From assembly GCF_026210795.1 (NCBI RefSeq), contig NC_089429.1, positions 3,720,001 through 3,784,000 on the forward strand: a stretch of DNA of 64,000 nucleotides, read 5' to 3'. The notes under the pieces were generated by a model. It saw only the letters and a list, made by a program, of their open reading frames with translations, was not told the DNA's origin and did no database searches. A program made the position numbers and the translations under genes. Each line of letters opens with the position of its first letter. Within the stretch, counting starts at the first letter, position 1. This document shows positions 53,267 to 64,000 of the stretch, in pieces. Source of the stretch: Rhizophagus irregularis (lineage: Eukaryota).

Positions 53267-54226
53267 AGACTAAAATAAAAAAAAATTAAGATATAATATT
53301 AATGATACTTCAAAAGACGAAGTACATCAAATTTTATTTAATCATACAAAAAATAAGGTAATGGATTATTTTAAATCCTTCTAATTAATTTAATTTTTGA
53401 GTAGTAATTTTTTGTAACTGCTGTTTCTTTTGCAAGTTTACAAAACTAATTTCAAAAAAGTTTTTATTTTTTGTTATTATAAATTATTTATCGGAATTAA
53501 TGATACGAACGCAAGTTAAAAACGGACTTTTGAAGTTTGTGGCTATTCGATTACGATTATCGATAAACGATGATTATTCGGTTATTAAATTACGTTCATA
53601 TTATATAATATGATATGGTAACAAAAACCGGTATCATCATCTTTTATGGATTTTATTTTGAACTGGAAATTTTTATTTAATATTAACGTTAAATATCAAT
53701 GTTTATGTTATTTTATTTATTTTTAAAAAACTGTTTCAATTAAGGATCAAAATTGAGATATTTAATTGGAATAGTTCTTTCTCATATGGTAACCATATAG
53801 TATTTTACTATATTGTTCCAAAAATTAATTATTATGGAAATTTTGAAATAAGAATTCTCGGAATTTTTATTCAATTGGATCCTAGTTCAATTAATGGATA
53901 CTCATTATTAGACATAATAAGTCAACCATTTTTGAACAAAAATAGTTATACTTTGGATACCAATTATGAGCAATTTTTTTTTTTCAATCGAATTGATATA
54001 ATTAATATTTTAATGTTTCAAAAAAGATTATCAAAACACAATAGAACAATGATAATTTCGGATCAGATCATAAGATTTTATTAATTTAAAGTTAGAACTT
54101 TTGATCTAATCCCTTATGAAAAATTATAACGTTTTAAATCTAAATTAAATACACAATGTTACACGCGCGTATAACTTTTAAAAAGGAAAGACAAAAAAAA
54201 AAAAAAAGAAGAAGAAAATCTCTAAA

Positions 54227-55591
54227 ATGATGAGAGGTTATTCATTAGAACAAGATCTAAGATTATTATTTAATAATCCAAAGTATAGTGATATAGAGAT
54301 TATATGTAAAGATGAAAAGAAATTATATGCATCCAGGATAATATTAGCTGCAAGATCAGAAGTATTTGATGGATTACTTTATAATGGAATGAAAGAAAGT
54401 TATGAAAATCAAATTACTTTTCCAACAATTTATTCTTCTGGAATGGAAATTATATTGGAATATGCTTATATTGGTTCAATTAAAAAAGAATCTTTAACTA
54501 AAGATAATATAATTGAAGCTTTTAATACTGCTGACTATTTTCAATTAGTGAAACTACAAGAATTTATAATGAAAACTATTAAATATACTATAAAAGATAA
54601 TTACAAAAATAATTATTTACCTGAATTGTTGTCTAAAGCTGTAGATATAATGGTATTATCAGAAGATAATATTCTCCTTAATTTACTGGTTGAAACAGTA
54701 GCAACTATTCCATTAAATACTATTGAATTTGGTCGATTATCTATTAAAGCCCTTCAATATCTCTTATCTTGTACACATAAAAAAAAGAAACCTTTTGCAA
54801 CCCCGGAATATGAAGTTTTTCGATATAGTGCCATTCTTGTAGCAAAAAATATTTCTAATAATACATATAAAATTCTAATAAAACTGTTACCAACTTTAGA
54901 ACAATTAGAGAATTCAATCAAAGTAAACAATAAATTAATTACTAATCATAAAAAACTTGCTAGAGAATTGGAGTCTTTAGTTAAATTTATTGATTTCAAA
55001 CGGATCAAGGAACAAATAATAACTGATATTATTGAACCATTAGAAATTACTCCAACTGTAATTGTTTATCGATCAAATAACAAAGTTTTCAATAATATTC
55101 GTGGAATATCATGTTTATATGAGTTCGCTTATGTTTGGGATAGGTCAACATGTGGATCAAACCTTCTTATTGAGGATAATGGTAAAGTTGTGACTGCAAA
55201 AAAGGATTGTACTTCCCGACAATTTGTTAGAACTAAAATAGAATTTGAAGACGAAGGAGTTATTGAATGGAATGTCATCATTAAGAAAGATGGTCGTGCT
55301 TGGATTGGAGTGTGTGCATCAGAGAATTTTAATTATAACCTTGCAGCAGATGATTCTAAAGTATTGGGAATAGGTTATATTGGTCCTAACTCAAAGTATT
55401 TTAGTCCATTTGAAGATAATACAATTATTACTTGTCATTTAGATATGAATAAAAGAACTTGTACTTTTACAGTCAATGATAAAAAGTATCAAGGTTTATT
55501 GACGTGGGATCCATCATCAAAAGTTTATCCATTAGTATCGTTACTTTACCCTGGTCAGCTTCAAATTCAACCATTTTCTTATAATAAGTGA
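54227..55591 (+). CDS. BTB/POZ + SPRY (ConA-like) domain protein, paralogue 1
   Basis: 454-aa ORF with NNPKYSDIEI...ILAARSEVF...AFNTADYFQL (BTB) and WIGV...HLDMNKRTCTFTVN...VYPLVSL (SPRY-like). Confidence 0.9.
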   Translation: MMRGYSLEQDLRLLFNNPKYSDIEIICKDEKKLYASRIILAARSEVFDGLLYNGMKESYENQITFPTIYSSGMEIILEYAYIGSIKKESLTKDNIIEAFNTADYFQLVKLQEFIMKTIKYTIKDNYKNNYLPELLSKAVDIMVLSEDNILLNLLVETVATIPLNTIEFGRLSIKALQYLLSCTHKKKKPFATPEYEVFRYSAILVAKNISNNTYKILIKLLPTLEQLENSIKVNNKLITNHKKLARELESLVKFIDFKRIKEQIITDIIEPLEITPTVIVYRSNNKVFNNIRGISCLYEFAYVWDRSTCGSNLLIEDNGKVVTAKKDCTSRQFVRTKIEFEDEGVIEWNVIIKKDGRAWIGVCASENFNYNLAADDSKVLGIGYIGPNSKYFSPFEDNTIITCHLDMNKRTCTFTVNDKKYQGLLTWDPSSKVYPLVSLLYPGQLQIQPFSYNK

Positions 55592-56079
55592 TTTTACGTT
55601 GATACGTATAATTTACTATTTTTAACGTAGTATACTATGTTCCTATGTTATATTTATGTTAATTAATGATTAATAATAAAATTTTTAATTGCAAATTGTG
55701 AATGTGAATATTTGAATATTGAAGTAAAAAATATTTATTTCAAATGATATTTAATTCAATAATAATGTTTTTTTTTTCACCAGATTTTATAACATTGTAT
55801 AAATTGCATGTGCAAATAATTTAAATAGAATTTAAACTTATAAAATTTTTATCCTATCCATTATTTTACATAAAAATCTCTTAAGTATAGTGATGTAAAA
55901 ATTTTTGAGATTTTATAATTTTATATCAATTTTAGCAACAAGTTCGGAAGTATTTGATTGAATGAAAATAAGTCATAAACAAGTTTCTTTGACATTCTTT
56001 CTGTAAAAAAGAGTCATATTAGGACGTTGTTTATACGGGAACTTTAATAAATAATAATTCATTTTGATCTAAGGATCGG

Positions 56080-56300
56080 AACTTACTATATAAAGTAAAG
56101 TGCATCAAAATGATTGTAATTCACATGATTTAAAACAATATACTGTATATTCTATGGAATCTAACTTACCATATAAAGTAAAGTAAGTGCATTAAATGAT
56201 GCAATTCACATGATCTATACAATAAAAATCTAACTTACCATATAAAGTAAAGTAATTGCATCAAATGATTTTTAAAAATGATTTGCGGTTCACATGATCT
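56080..56300. repeat. Three ~70-80-bp tandem units between the BTB genes
   Basis: AACTTAC(T/C)ATATAAAGTAAAGT...TGCAT...TTCACATGAT occurs three times. Confidence 0.75.
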
Positions 56301-56618
56301 AAAATAATATAATTTTTTACGGCGATCGAATCATAAATTTAAACTCAAACTCCTATAGCTGAGCGATTGTTAGTTAATAGCAAGCATATGCAAATTATGC
56401 AATAAATTGCATATTATAAACGTTTCGAATCGCTAGAAGAAATATTACAATATTACGATGTTACAAGTGCTACAAACTAACTAACGCATTACGCGTATTA
56501 TCCGTAGTATATTGCACACGCGTTATTTGTTACGCAAGTGTTACAGGTCTAAATTATTTAAGTCGCTTGAACTCGGAAAAATATAATTATCGATTTATTG
56601 ACTACTCTCTTTTTAAAG

Positions 56619-57995
56619 ATGAAAGGATATTCATTAGAACAAGATCTAAGATTATTATTTAATAATCCAAAGTATAGTGATATAGAAATTTTATGTAAAG
56701 ATGAAAAGAAATTATATGCATCCAGGATAATATTAGCGGCAAGATCAGAAGTATTTGATGGGTTATTTTATAATGGAATGAAAGAAAGTTATGAAAATCA
56801 AATTTTCTTTCCAACAGTTGATTCTTCTACAATGGAAATTATATTAGAATATACTTATACTGGATCTATTAAGGAGGAATGTTTAACAATTGATAATATA
56901 GTTGAAGCTTTTAGTGCAGCAGACTATTTTCAATTACTAAAACTTCAAGAGTTTATTATTAGAACTGTTAAAAATACTTTAGAAAAGGATTATAAAAATA
57001 ATTATTCACCTGAATTGTTTTCTAAAGTCGTAGATACAATGGTATTGACAGAAAATAATGTTCTTCTTAATTTATTGGTTGAAACGGTATCAACTATTCC
57101 ATTAAATACCATTGAATTTGGTCGATTATCTATTAAAGCCCTTCAATATCTCTTATCTTGTACGCATAAAAAGAAGAAACCCTTTGCAACTCCCGAATAT
57201 GAAGTTTTTCGGTATAGTGCCATTCTTGCAGCAAAACAAGTTTCTAATGATGCATTTATAACACTTACGAAGCAGTTACCAACATTAAAACAAATAAACA
57301 AATCATACAAAGTAAAAAATGGATCACCTGATGATGTGAATCGACAAGAAATCGCCAAAGAATTGAAACCTTTGGTTAAATTTATTGATTTCGGACAAAT
57401 TCAAATTAAAATAATAATTGATATTATTGAGCCTCTAGAAATAACTCCTAGTGTGAGGGTTTATGGACATCAAATTAGATCACAAAATTCGGGCATAAAT
57501 TATATCCGTGGAATACCATCATTATATAAATTTGCTTACGTTTGGGACAGATCAAGATGTGGATCTAATTTAATTATTGAAGATAATGGGGAAGTTGTGC
57601 AGGCAGCAAGCGATTGTAGAAACTATCAAAGTGTTAAAGCAAAAATCGCATTTGAAAGTAAGGAACTTTTTGAATGGGAGATCACTGTCGAAGTATTTCG
57701 AGACACCGTCTGGGTGGGGTTAACTTCGAGGAAAGGCTTCGCCTGGGCGATAGGTTCAGATGGATCATATTATAATGCTGATTCTAAAACAAAGGAAAAA
57801 ACTAAAAACTATTGTCGGCCTTTCGGACAAGGCACAAAAGTTATTGTTCATTTAGATATGAATAAAAGAACTTGTGCTTTTACGGTTGATAATATTAGAT
57901 ACCCTATAATATCAAAATGGGATAACCTACCATCAAAAGTTTATCCACTAGTATTTTTAAATTATCCTAGTCGGATTCGAATTCAACCTCGGTAG
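56619..57995 (+). CDS. BTB/POZ + SPRY (ConA-like) domain protein, paralogue 2
   Basis: ATG at 56619 (MKGYSLEQDL). Collinear with 54227-55591. Confidence 0.9.
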   Translation: MKGYSLEQDLRLLFNNPKYSDIEILCKDEKKLYASRIILAARSEVFDGLFYNGMKESYENQIFFPTVDSSTMEIILEYTYTGSIKEECLTIDNIVEAFSAADYFQLLKLQEFIIRTVKNTLEKDYKNNYSPELFSKVVDTMVLTENNVLLNLLVETVSTIPLNTIEFGRLSIKALQYLLSCTHKKKKPFATPEYEVFRYSAILAAKQVSNDAFITLTKQLPTLKQINKSYKVKNGSPDDVNRQEIAKELKPLVKFIDFGQIQIKIIIDIIEPLEITPSVRVYGHQIRSQNSGINYIRGIPSLYKFAYVWDRSRCGSNLIIEDNGEVVQAASDCRNYQSVKAKIAFESKELFEWEITVEVFRDTVWVGLTSRKGFAWAIGSDGSYYNADSKTKEKTKNYCRPFGQGTKVIVHLDMNKRTCAFTVDNIRYPIISKWDNLPSKVYPLVFLNYPSRIRIQPR

Positions 57996-58710
57996 TAAAT
58001 TATTATGACTTGTACGTTCAATTCACGAATTTTATGATAGATACGTAATGATTTTTCTATAAGTTACAATATCCGTAATATCTATAAATTACATTAATAA
58101 AGCTTATCTGAATTTAATGATAAAACGAAATTTACATAATGTATATAAACGAGTAATTTTCTTATATGAAACATTTGCAGGTTGTTAACATACCAAATAA
58201 CTTCATAATTACGGACTATAATCAACTTTTAACTAAATTATATATGCGACGAGCCATTAACCTGGGTCCCGGGGCATAAAATAGGATAAAGAATTTTCCG
58301 GATAAGTATCCGGTTACATACAAATTTACCGGTGTTCTTTAAAGATAAATTTAAGTTATTAAACTAAATATTTGTTTATTTAATATTCTATGGATATTGT
58401 GCGGTGTTGTATTATCGATATTCAGTATTGTACGATAATGAAAATATCGGTTAACCCATAAATCGAGAAACTTCTAATATCGTAAAAATCGATAATCAAT
58501 AATTGATATAATTTATTTTTGATATATTTTATGTCGGAAAAATAACCGATTCTAAAAATTCCGGGAATCTCCGGTTTTTACAGAATACTACATTATGCAC
58601 GGTGTATAAAGTAAAGAAAAAGAACGCTATTTAAACTTATCTACTAATTTAACGTTAAGCCGGTTAAGGTATATATTTTTTTTTGCTTAGTGAACAGCAT
58701 CGTTCATTTA

Positions 58711-59089
58711 CAGCTATTTGCAAAAATAACGGACCACCCTTTCTCCGAAGATTCATACGCAGTCATACGCAGTCATACGCACAAGAGCATAATTGATCGG
58801 CATAATTCCGGCCAAATTATAAATTTGACCAGAATTATAATTTCCATTTTAGGAAATTTGTTGTTACACAAGTTCTGAAAAGGAAATTTTCATTTTTTGG
58901 AAAAATCAAAAATTGTGGAACGGCAATCGCCAAAAAAGGATATGATCGTCATAGCCGTTTTATAATTCTGGCCAAAATTATAATTTGTCCGGAATTACTG
59001 CCGATCAATTGCGTATGACTGCGTATGACTGCGTATGAATCTTCGGAGAAAAAATGAATTAGGTGGTCCATTATTTTTGCAAATAGCTG
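58711..59089. mobile_element. Tc1/mariner-type foldback MITE (379 bp, TA target)
   Basis: TA-CAGCTATTTGCAAAAATAA(C/T)GGACCACC ... GGTGGTCCATTATTTTTGCAAATAGCTG-TA. The arms of ~130 bp include three mirrored CATACGCA repeats. Confidence 0.92.
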
Positions 59090-59402
59090 TAATTAAACAT
59101 CATCAAGATTACAACCACACTGAGACGCGATTTATTATGTATACTCTATGATCGCGTATAATATACTAGTTATGAGTCATCATGATCAATAAAAAATAAA
59201 TATTATCAATCAGCGTTTAATCATAGTTACTAAAAAATATTACTCATATTATATAAATTACATCTCAAAAAACTATATAAATACCTTACCTTTCCCTTGT
59301 TGTTTTTTACAACTAAAAACAATTTTTTTGTTGCTCTATTAACGACAATAACCCTTTATTTCTATATCCAAAATTTTTTTTTTTAAAAAAATATCAACAC
59401 AA

Positions 59403-59810
59403 ATGCAGTCAACTTCAATACAAGATTTACCGTCAAGACATCTTGAATCACAAGACTTTGGCCAACATACAAACAATACGAACAATTCCGACAACTATTA
59501 AAAATCAACGTAACTTACAAAAACATCGCCATAATTCTGGCCTTTTGCTTCCGCTTTTGCCACTGATGCTATAAATACATTAAACGGGGTTCATTCAACG
59601 AGACGAAATTATACTAGTTGCGATAATGAAATCGACGATGATGATGAAAATGTCTACAATCATAATAAAAAAGATGATTCTACTTGGAGTGAAAATGTAG
59701 AAAATGTTGAAGAATCGGAATCAGGCCAGAGGTATCTAATACAGGTAGTATCGCCCTGCGATCAAATTCTGAACTCATTGAACTCATTTTTTAGCTTCGA
59801 GATCTATTTT
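59403..59810 (+). pseudogene. Probable frameshifted small acidic-protein gene
   Basis: TATATAAA at ~59274 and ATG at 59403 (MQSTSIQDLPSRH...). The coding-like sequence continues across frame changes (RNLQKHRHNS / FASAFATDAINTL...DNEIDDDDEN). Confidence 0.4.
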
Positions 59811-60901
59811 ATGTTTATTTTTTATTTTTTTTTAAAAAAATTAAATGTTTATAATAAATGGGGCTTTTTTTGAAATGTTCCTTGTGGATAAATGCACTCG
59901 GTATTTCTGTATTGTATGTCACAAATCACAATTGCTTTTACTATGAACAAATTTATACTGTAATATAATATCGTTGACTTTATATGAATAATTTTTTTAT
60001 TTACTTTTAACAACTTATAATTACAATACAAGCTAACACAAGCCACCGATCAAGAGATTATTTTATTGATACGCAGTATATCATAATTACAGTATATAAT
60101 TATTTATAAATTATAGATCGATCTGTCTTGAAAAATCATACAAGTATTACTTACATAAAAAGCTTTCGTGAGATACAGAAATTGTTTATGACAGTCCTCA
60201 CCAGTGAAATAATTCGCTCGTCAATGAGAATGCGAAGCTGAAGACGTTTATAGCGAATCAAATAATAACGGCGGCTTGGCTATTTTATCTCAAGGCAGAT
60301 ATTATTGGTTAATGATTTATGGTAACTGTCGTGTAACTGACTGGGATCTGGATTTCTTGTGATATGATATACAATGCGAAGCTAATGTGAAAATAATTTA
60401 GCCGTCAAGTGACTTGGACCTAAAAAGCAAAATATTTCTTAATAAATACAATACCAATATCATTTATCTAATATTTTATATTTTATTCCTTTTATGGGCG
60501 GTACCATATGACTGCCACTTTTTTTCGTCATAGGCTAGGGCACTTTGTACATCCTTGTGTAATAACACAAAACAAGAATTCATTTGTTCGATCATCAATT
60601 CTTCGCACAAAAAAAGAAATTCATTTGTTCGTTTGTAGTACAATCAAATTAGTCATTTAAATTATTTTCATCTAGTCATTCAAAAAATTATTTTCAGTAC
60701 ATTGTTCAGGTTGACCTCAAATATATCGAAATGCATATTTTCTTATCAGGATTAAAAATGCATAGTAGCACTTGGACTCTATAAATGGATCAAGTTAGTC
60801 ACTTAAAATTAAAAGTGTATGAATTTTCGCATATTTAAACCTACACGCATCTGTATATTTATTTCATTAATCGATTCTTTTTTAAAATTAAAATAATCGA
60901 A

Positions 60902-61696
60902 ATGATTGAGAAAGTTAGATTTGACAAATGCTGGTGATGTATTCATAAAAAGAATATTTATATACACATATAAAAAAGATTGTCTTGAAACTAAATTCTA
61001 TATTTCTGATATTTCTTAGCCTCTGTATTTCTCTTCAATTTGGAGCTTACGTTGCTGCAATATGGTTTGCTATTTGGAATTTTTACATTGGTGGCCTTGT
61101 AATAAAAAATAAAGATAAACGTAAGTTATTCATTACATTTAAAATTTAAAATGAAATTTTAATGGCCCTGATAACTAAATAAATTTTTTTAAAAAAAAAT
61201 TTAGCGCGATCAGTTAATGCTTACGAAGGAAGTGCTGGAATAATTATTGGTGTATTTTATATATCGTTGGGTTTTGCTGCACTTTGTGGTATTCATGGTA
61301 TTTATTACAAAAAAGCAGGCGAAGTAAAAGTTCTTACAAAATTCGCTTTCATTAGCTTATTAGTGTATGTACTGTTTAGTATCATCGAGATTATTCTGTT
61401 ATTAAATGTTGTTGGTTATCAGAAGTATTGTAGAAGTTTAAATCCTAAACATCCTTCATACTATGAATATTGTTATCCTTTTGCTAGATGGGGTATTACT
61501 TTTGCAGTTGGTATAATCTTTGGTGTAAGTATTCATGATTATGAAAAAATATTTTTTTTTTTTATTAATGAAAATTTCGTTTTTTTCGTAGGGTTATCTT
61601 TCTATCGTGCTCAGATCTTATAGTAAAAAACTTAAAGAACAAACGCCAAATGTTTTTGTGGCGGATATGACCGCCATTATGACGAATACATCTTAA
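60902..61696 (+). CDS. Small four-transmembrane protein, four exons
   Basis: Spliced MIEKVRFDKCCLCISLQFGAYVAAIWFAIWNF...GIIIGVFYISLGFAALCG...FAFISLLVYVLF...WGITFAVGIIFG/GYLSIVLRSY...NTS*, with three GT-AG introns in consistent phase. Confidence 0.82.
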
Positions 61697-62029
61697 TGAC
61701 GTTTATTATCATCACGTAACTTATGTTATACCATAAGTTAGTTGTAAATTTACTATAGGTTTTTATTATATTTTGTAACATATATTGTAAAATAAACATC
61801 AGGATTTTTCTATCCTTTTCAAAATTTACTTAAGTAAAATGCATAACAAACTTTTTTTACTATAAATATCAAGAATTTTCAAAACATAAATAAAATTTCC
61901 TATTTAAGTTTGAAAAATCACAAATTATTTTAAAAAGACAAAAGCTTCCAATTTTTATTTTTTTATTAAATTTTATTTTTTTTGTCATAAACCAACTAAA
62001 TTGATATCAGCCAAAAGGTACTGTATTAA

Positions 62030-62994
62030 GATTGAGAAATGGATAAATCACCCATTTTTTCATTATCATGAGATGCACAAAGGTTGATTTGCTTAATAAT
62101 TAGTGAAAAAGTTCCTAAAAATTCAATTTTAATTTTGACAAAAAGTACTAAGGGTTATAATTAAGTACTTTTTGAGATTTTTTAAAATGTTGAATCTGTG
62201 AAAAATAATCATGTGTTCAAATATAAAATGGTCTATTATCTAATCAAAATTTCATTTTTAGGGCGGAAAATGAGTTAAAAATCGATTTCTTTTGTAATTC
62301 CTTAATTTCTACTGTGCAATTTTTGGCCGGAATTATAGCCAAATTTTTTGTATTTTTGATGAAATTTTAAATCATGAATATGCAAAAAATAGTCACTTTT
62401 TATAATATTAAATGTACTATTATTTAATTAAATTTCATTTTCAGAATAGGTTTTCTATTATAAAATAGATTTAAAATGTATTTTAATTTTTCACAAAGAA
62501 TTTTCTTACTTAAAAAATTTTGATAGTTGATTCTGAAAGATTTAATGAAAAATTGGTGATTTTTTTCACCATCATAAGATGCACAGAGGTCAATTTACTT
62601 AATAAAATTTTAATTTCAGATGGAGTTAATTAATAAAAAAGCATCTAAAAATTCAATTTTAATTTTAGCAAAAAGTACCAAGGGGGTAATCAGGTATTTT
62701 TTAAGATTTTTTAAAATGTTAAATTTGCAAAAAATAATTATATACTTAAATGTAAAATGATCTATTATTTAATCAAAATTTCATTTTCAGAGTAGATTAA
62801 CTAATAGAAAATGGGCTAAAAATCCATTTCTTTTATAATTTCTTAATTTCTACTGTGCAATTTTTGGCCAGAATTATGACCAAATTTTTTGTATTTTTAA
62901 TGAAAATTTTAGATCACAAATTTGTAAAAAATAATCACTTTTTATAATATTAAATATACTATTATCTAATCAAAATTTCATTTTTAGAATAAGT
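62030..62994. repeat. Second block of the ~550-bp satellite family
   Basis: Same core (CTACTGTGCAATTTTTGGCC.GAATTAT) at ~62310 and ~62850, in the same orientation as 1-8485. Confidence 0.9.
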
Positions 62995-63650
62995 TAGGAG
63001 TGTTCAGGATTTGTTGATCACAATTTTATAACAAATTTGGCTATTTTTTTGTGATTTAAGCGTAATCACGATTTTTACTAAAAATTTGTGATTTTTGCGA
63101 CATTTGAATTTAATTGGATGATAAATCATATGATTGGTAAATTGATAATCTATAAATCTTAAAAATTTTTTTTACTAACTACTTTAACAACTTTATGATA
63201 TAATTATGTTAATTAATTGTTTTAATAATTCTATATTATACTGATGCATTATTTTATTTAGGCTGATTAATGATTTAAAATTTTTTAAAATTAGAAATAA
63301 AGCTATAGCTCCATTTATTTACTCATAAATAACAAATTTTTAAGCTTTTCTTTCATCAGGAAAAAGAAATCCTCTGATTTTAAATGAGATAATTTAAGTT
63401 TTAAGTGAGTTAGTAAGGTAAATAATAATATTGATTCTTATATATTACTATTTGCTAAAACTTTTACATTAGCGTATGAAAAATGTGAGAAACATATATT
63501 TCAACATCCAGCTTTACCATTTATATTCAAGGCAATATAATGATTTGATCCAAAATTTATTCAATTTAATATGGCTAATCATAATATGGAAGATTATAGA
63601 ATTGTTAAAGAATTTTATTTTCCAACTGATGCTTTAATACAAGAATAGGA
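62995..63650 (+). mobile_element. Decayed DNA-transposon fragment (possibly hAT-like)
   Basis: Starts with TAGGAGTGTTCA, which resembles TAGGG-type termini. Carries a stop-ridden coding remnant (FTLAYEKCEKHIFQHPALP...FDPKFI). Family assignment is weak. Confidence 0.4.
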
Positions 63651-63743
63651 CCTCACTTACTTCTAATAGAGGTCTTCTCACAAAATTTCTGATTTACTAG
63701 TAATTTTACCAACCCTTTCTGTCTCATAATTTTACCTTATATA

Positions 63744-64000
63744 CACCCACCTGCCAAAAGTATCCGGGCACTTCTAAAAAATGACCATTAAATCACATTA
63801 TCTCAACATCCAGTGATCAGAATTTAATGATTTATGATTCATTAGATTCGTCCAATTGAGACGCATCTAACCGCAGTATTTTCAAGTCTGTAGGTTCAAT
63901 AGATCAGAAGTTATCGATAAATGTCTAAAAACAGTAAAATGCAAATAACTTTTGATCCATCAATCCTAGAGATATGAAAATAATAGATACAATAATGTAC
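63744..64000. mobile_element. Left end of a Tc1-like MITE (runs off the window)
   Basis: TA-CACCCACCTGCCAAAAGTATCCGGGCAC has the form of a Tc1-type TIR (compare 10983). It contains the symmetric module centred near 63856. Confidence 0.6.

Overview
This is very AT-rich, intron-containing eukaryotic DNA. The gene families (MATA-HMG, BTB-SPRY, F-box, TLDc remnants) and short introns point to a glomeromycotan (Rhizophagus-like arbuscular mycorrhizal) fungus; that is inference. Bases 1-17 kb are a repeat nest: a ~550-bp tandem satellite interrupted by several MITEs, plus two copies of a pogo/Tc1-mariner-type MITE. One of those copies carries two GC-rich ~1-kb tRNA-headed SINE-like units inserted in tandem at one target site. 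The gene-rich part (17-62 kb) contains a thiolase (ERG10-like), a small unknown gene, a multi-exon SHOC1/Zip2-like meiotic XPF-domain gene next to a MATA-HMG gene, an F-box + RING + LON fusion, a membrane/coiled-coil protein, two BTB-SPRY paralogues and a 4-TM protein. Repeats resume at 62 kb. The most notable observations are: (1) a 117-bp dyad-symmetric module with fixed spacing, shared by three transposon families with different termini; (2) the structured SINE-like element inserted repeatedly at one site inside that module; (3) the meiosis-specific SHOC1-like gene with two GC-AG introns. All alignments were made by eye and no database searches were run.
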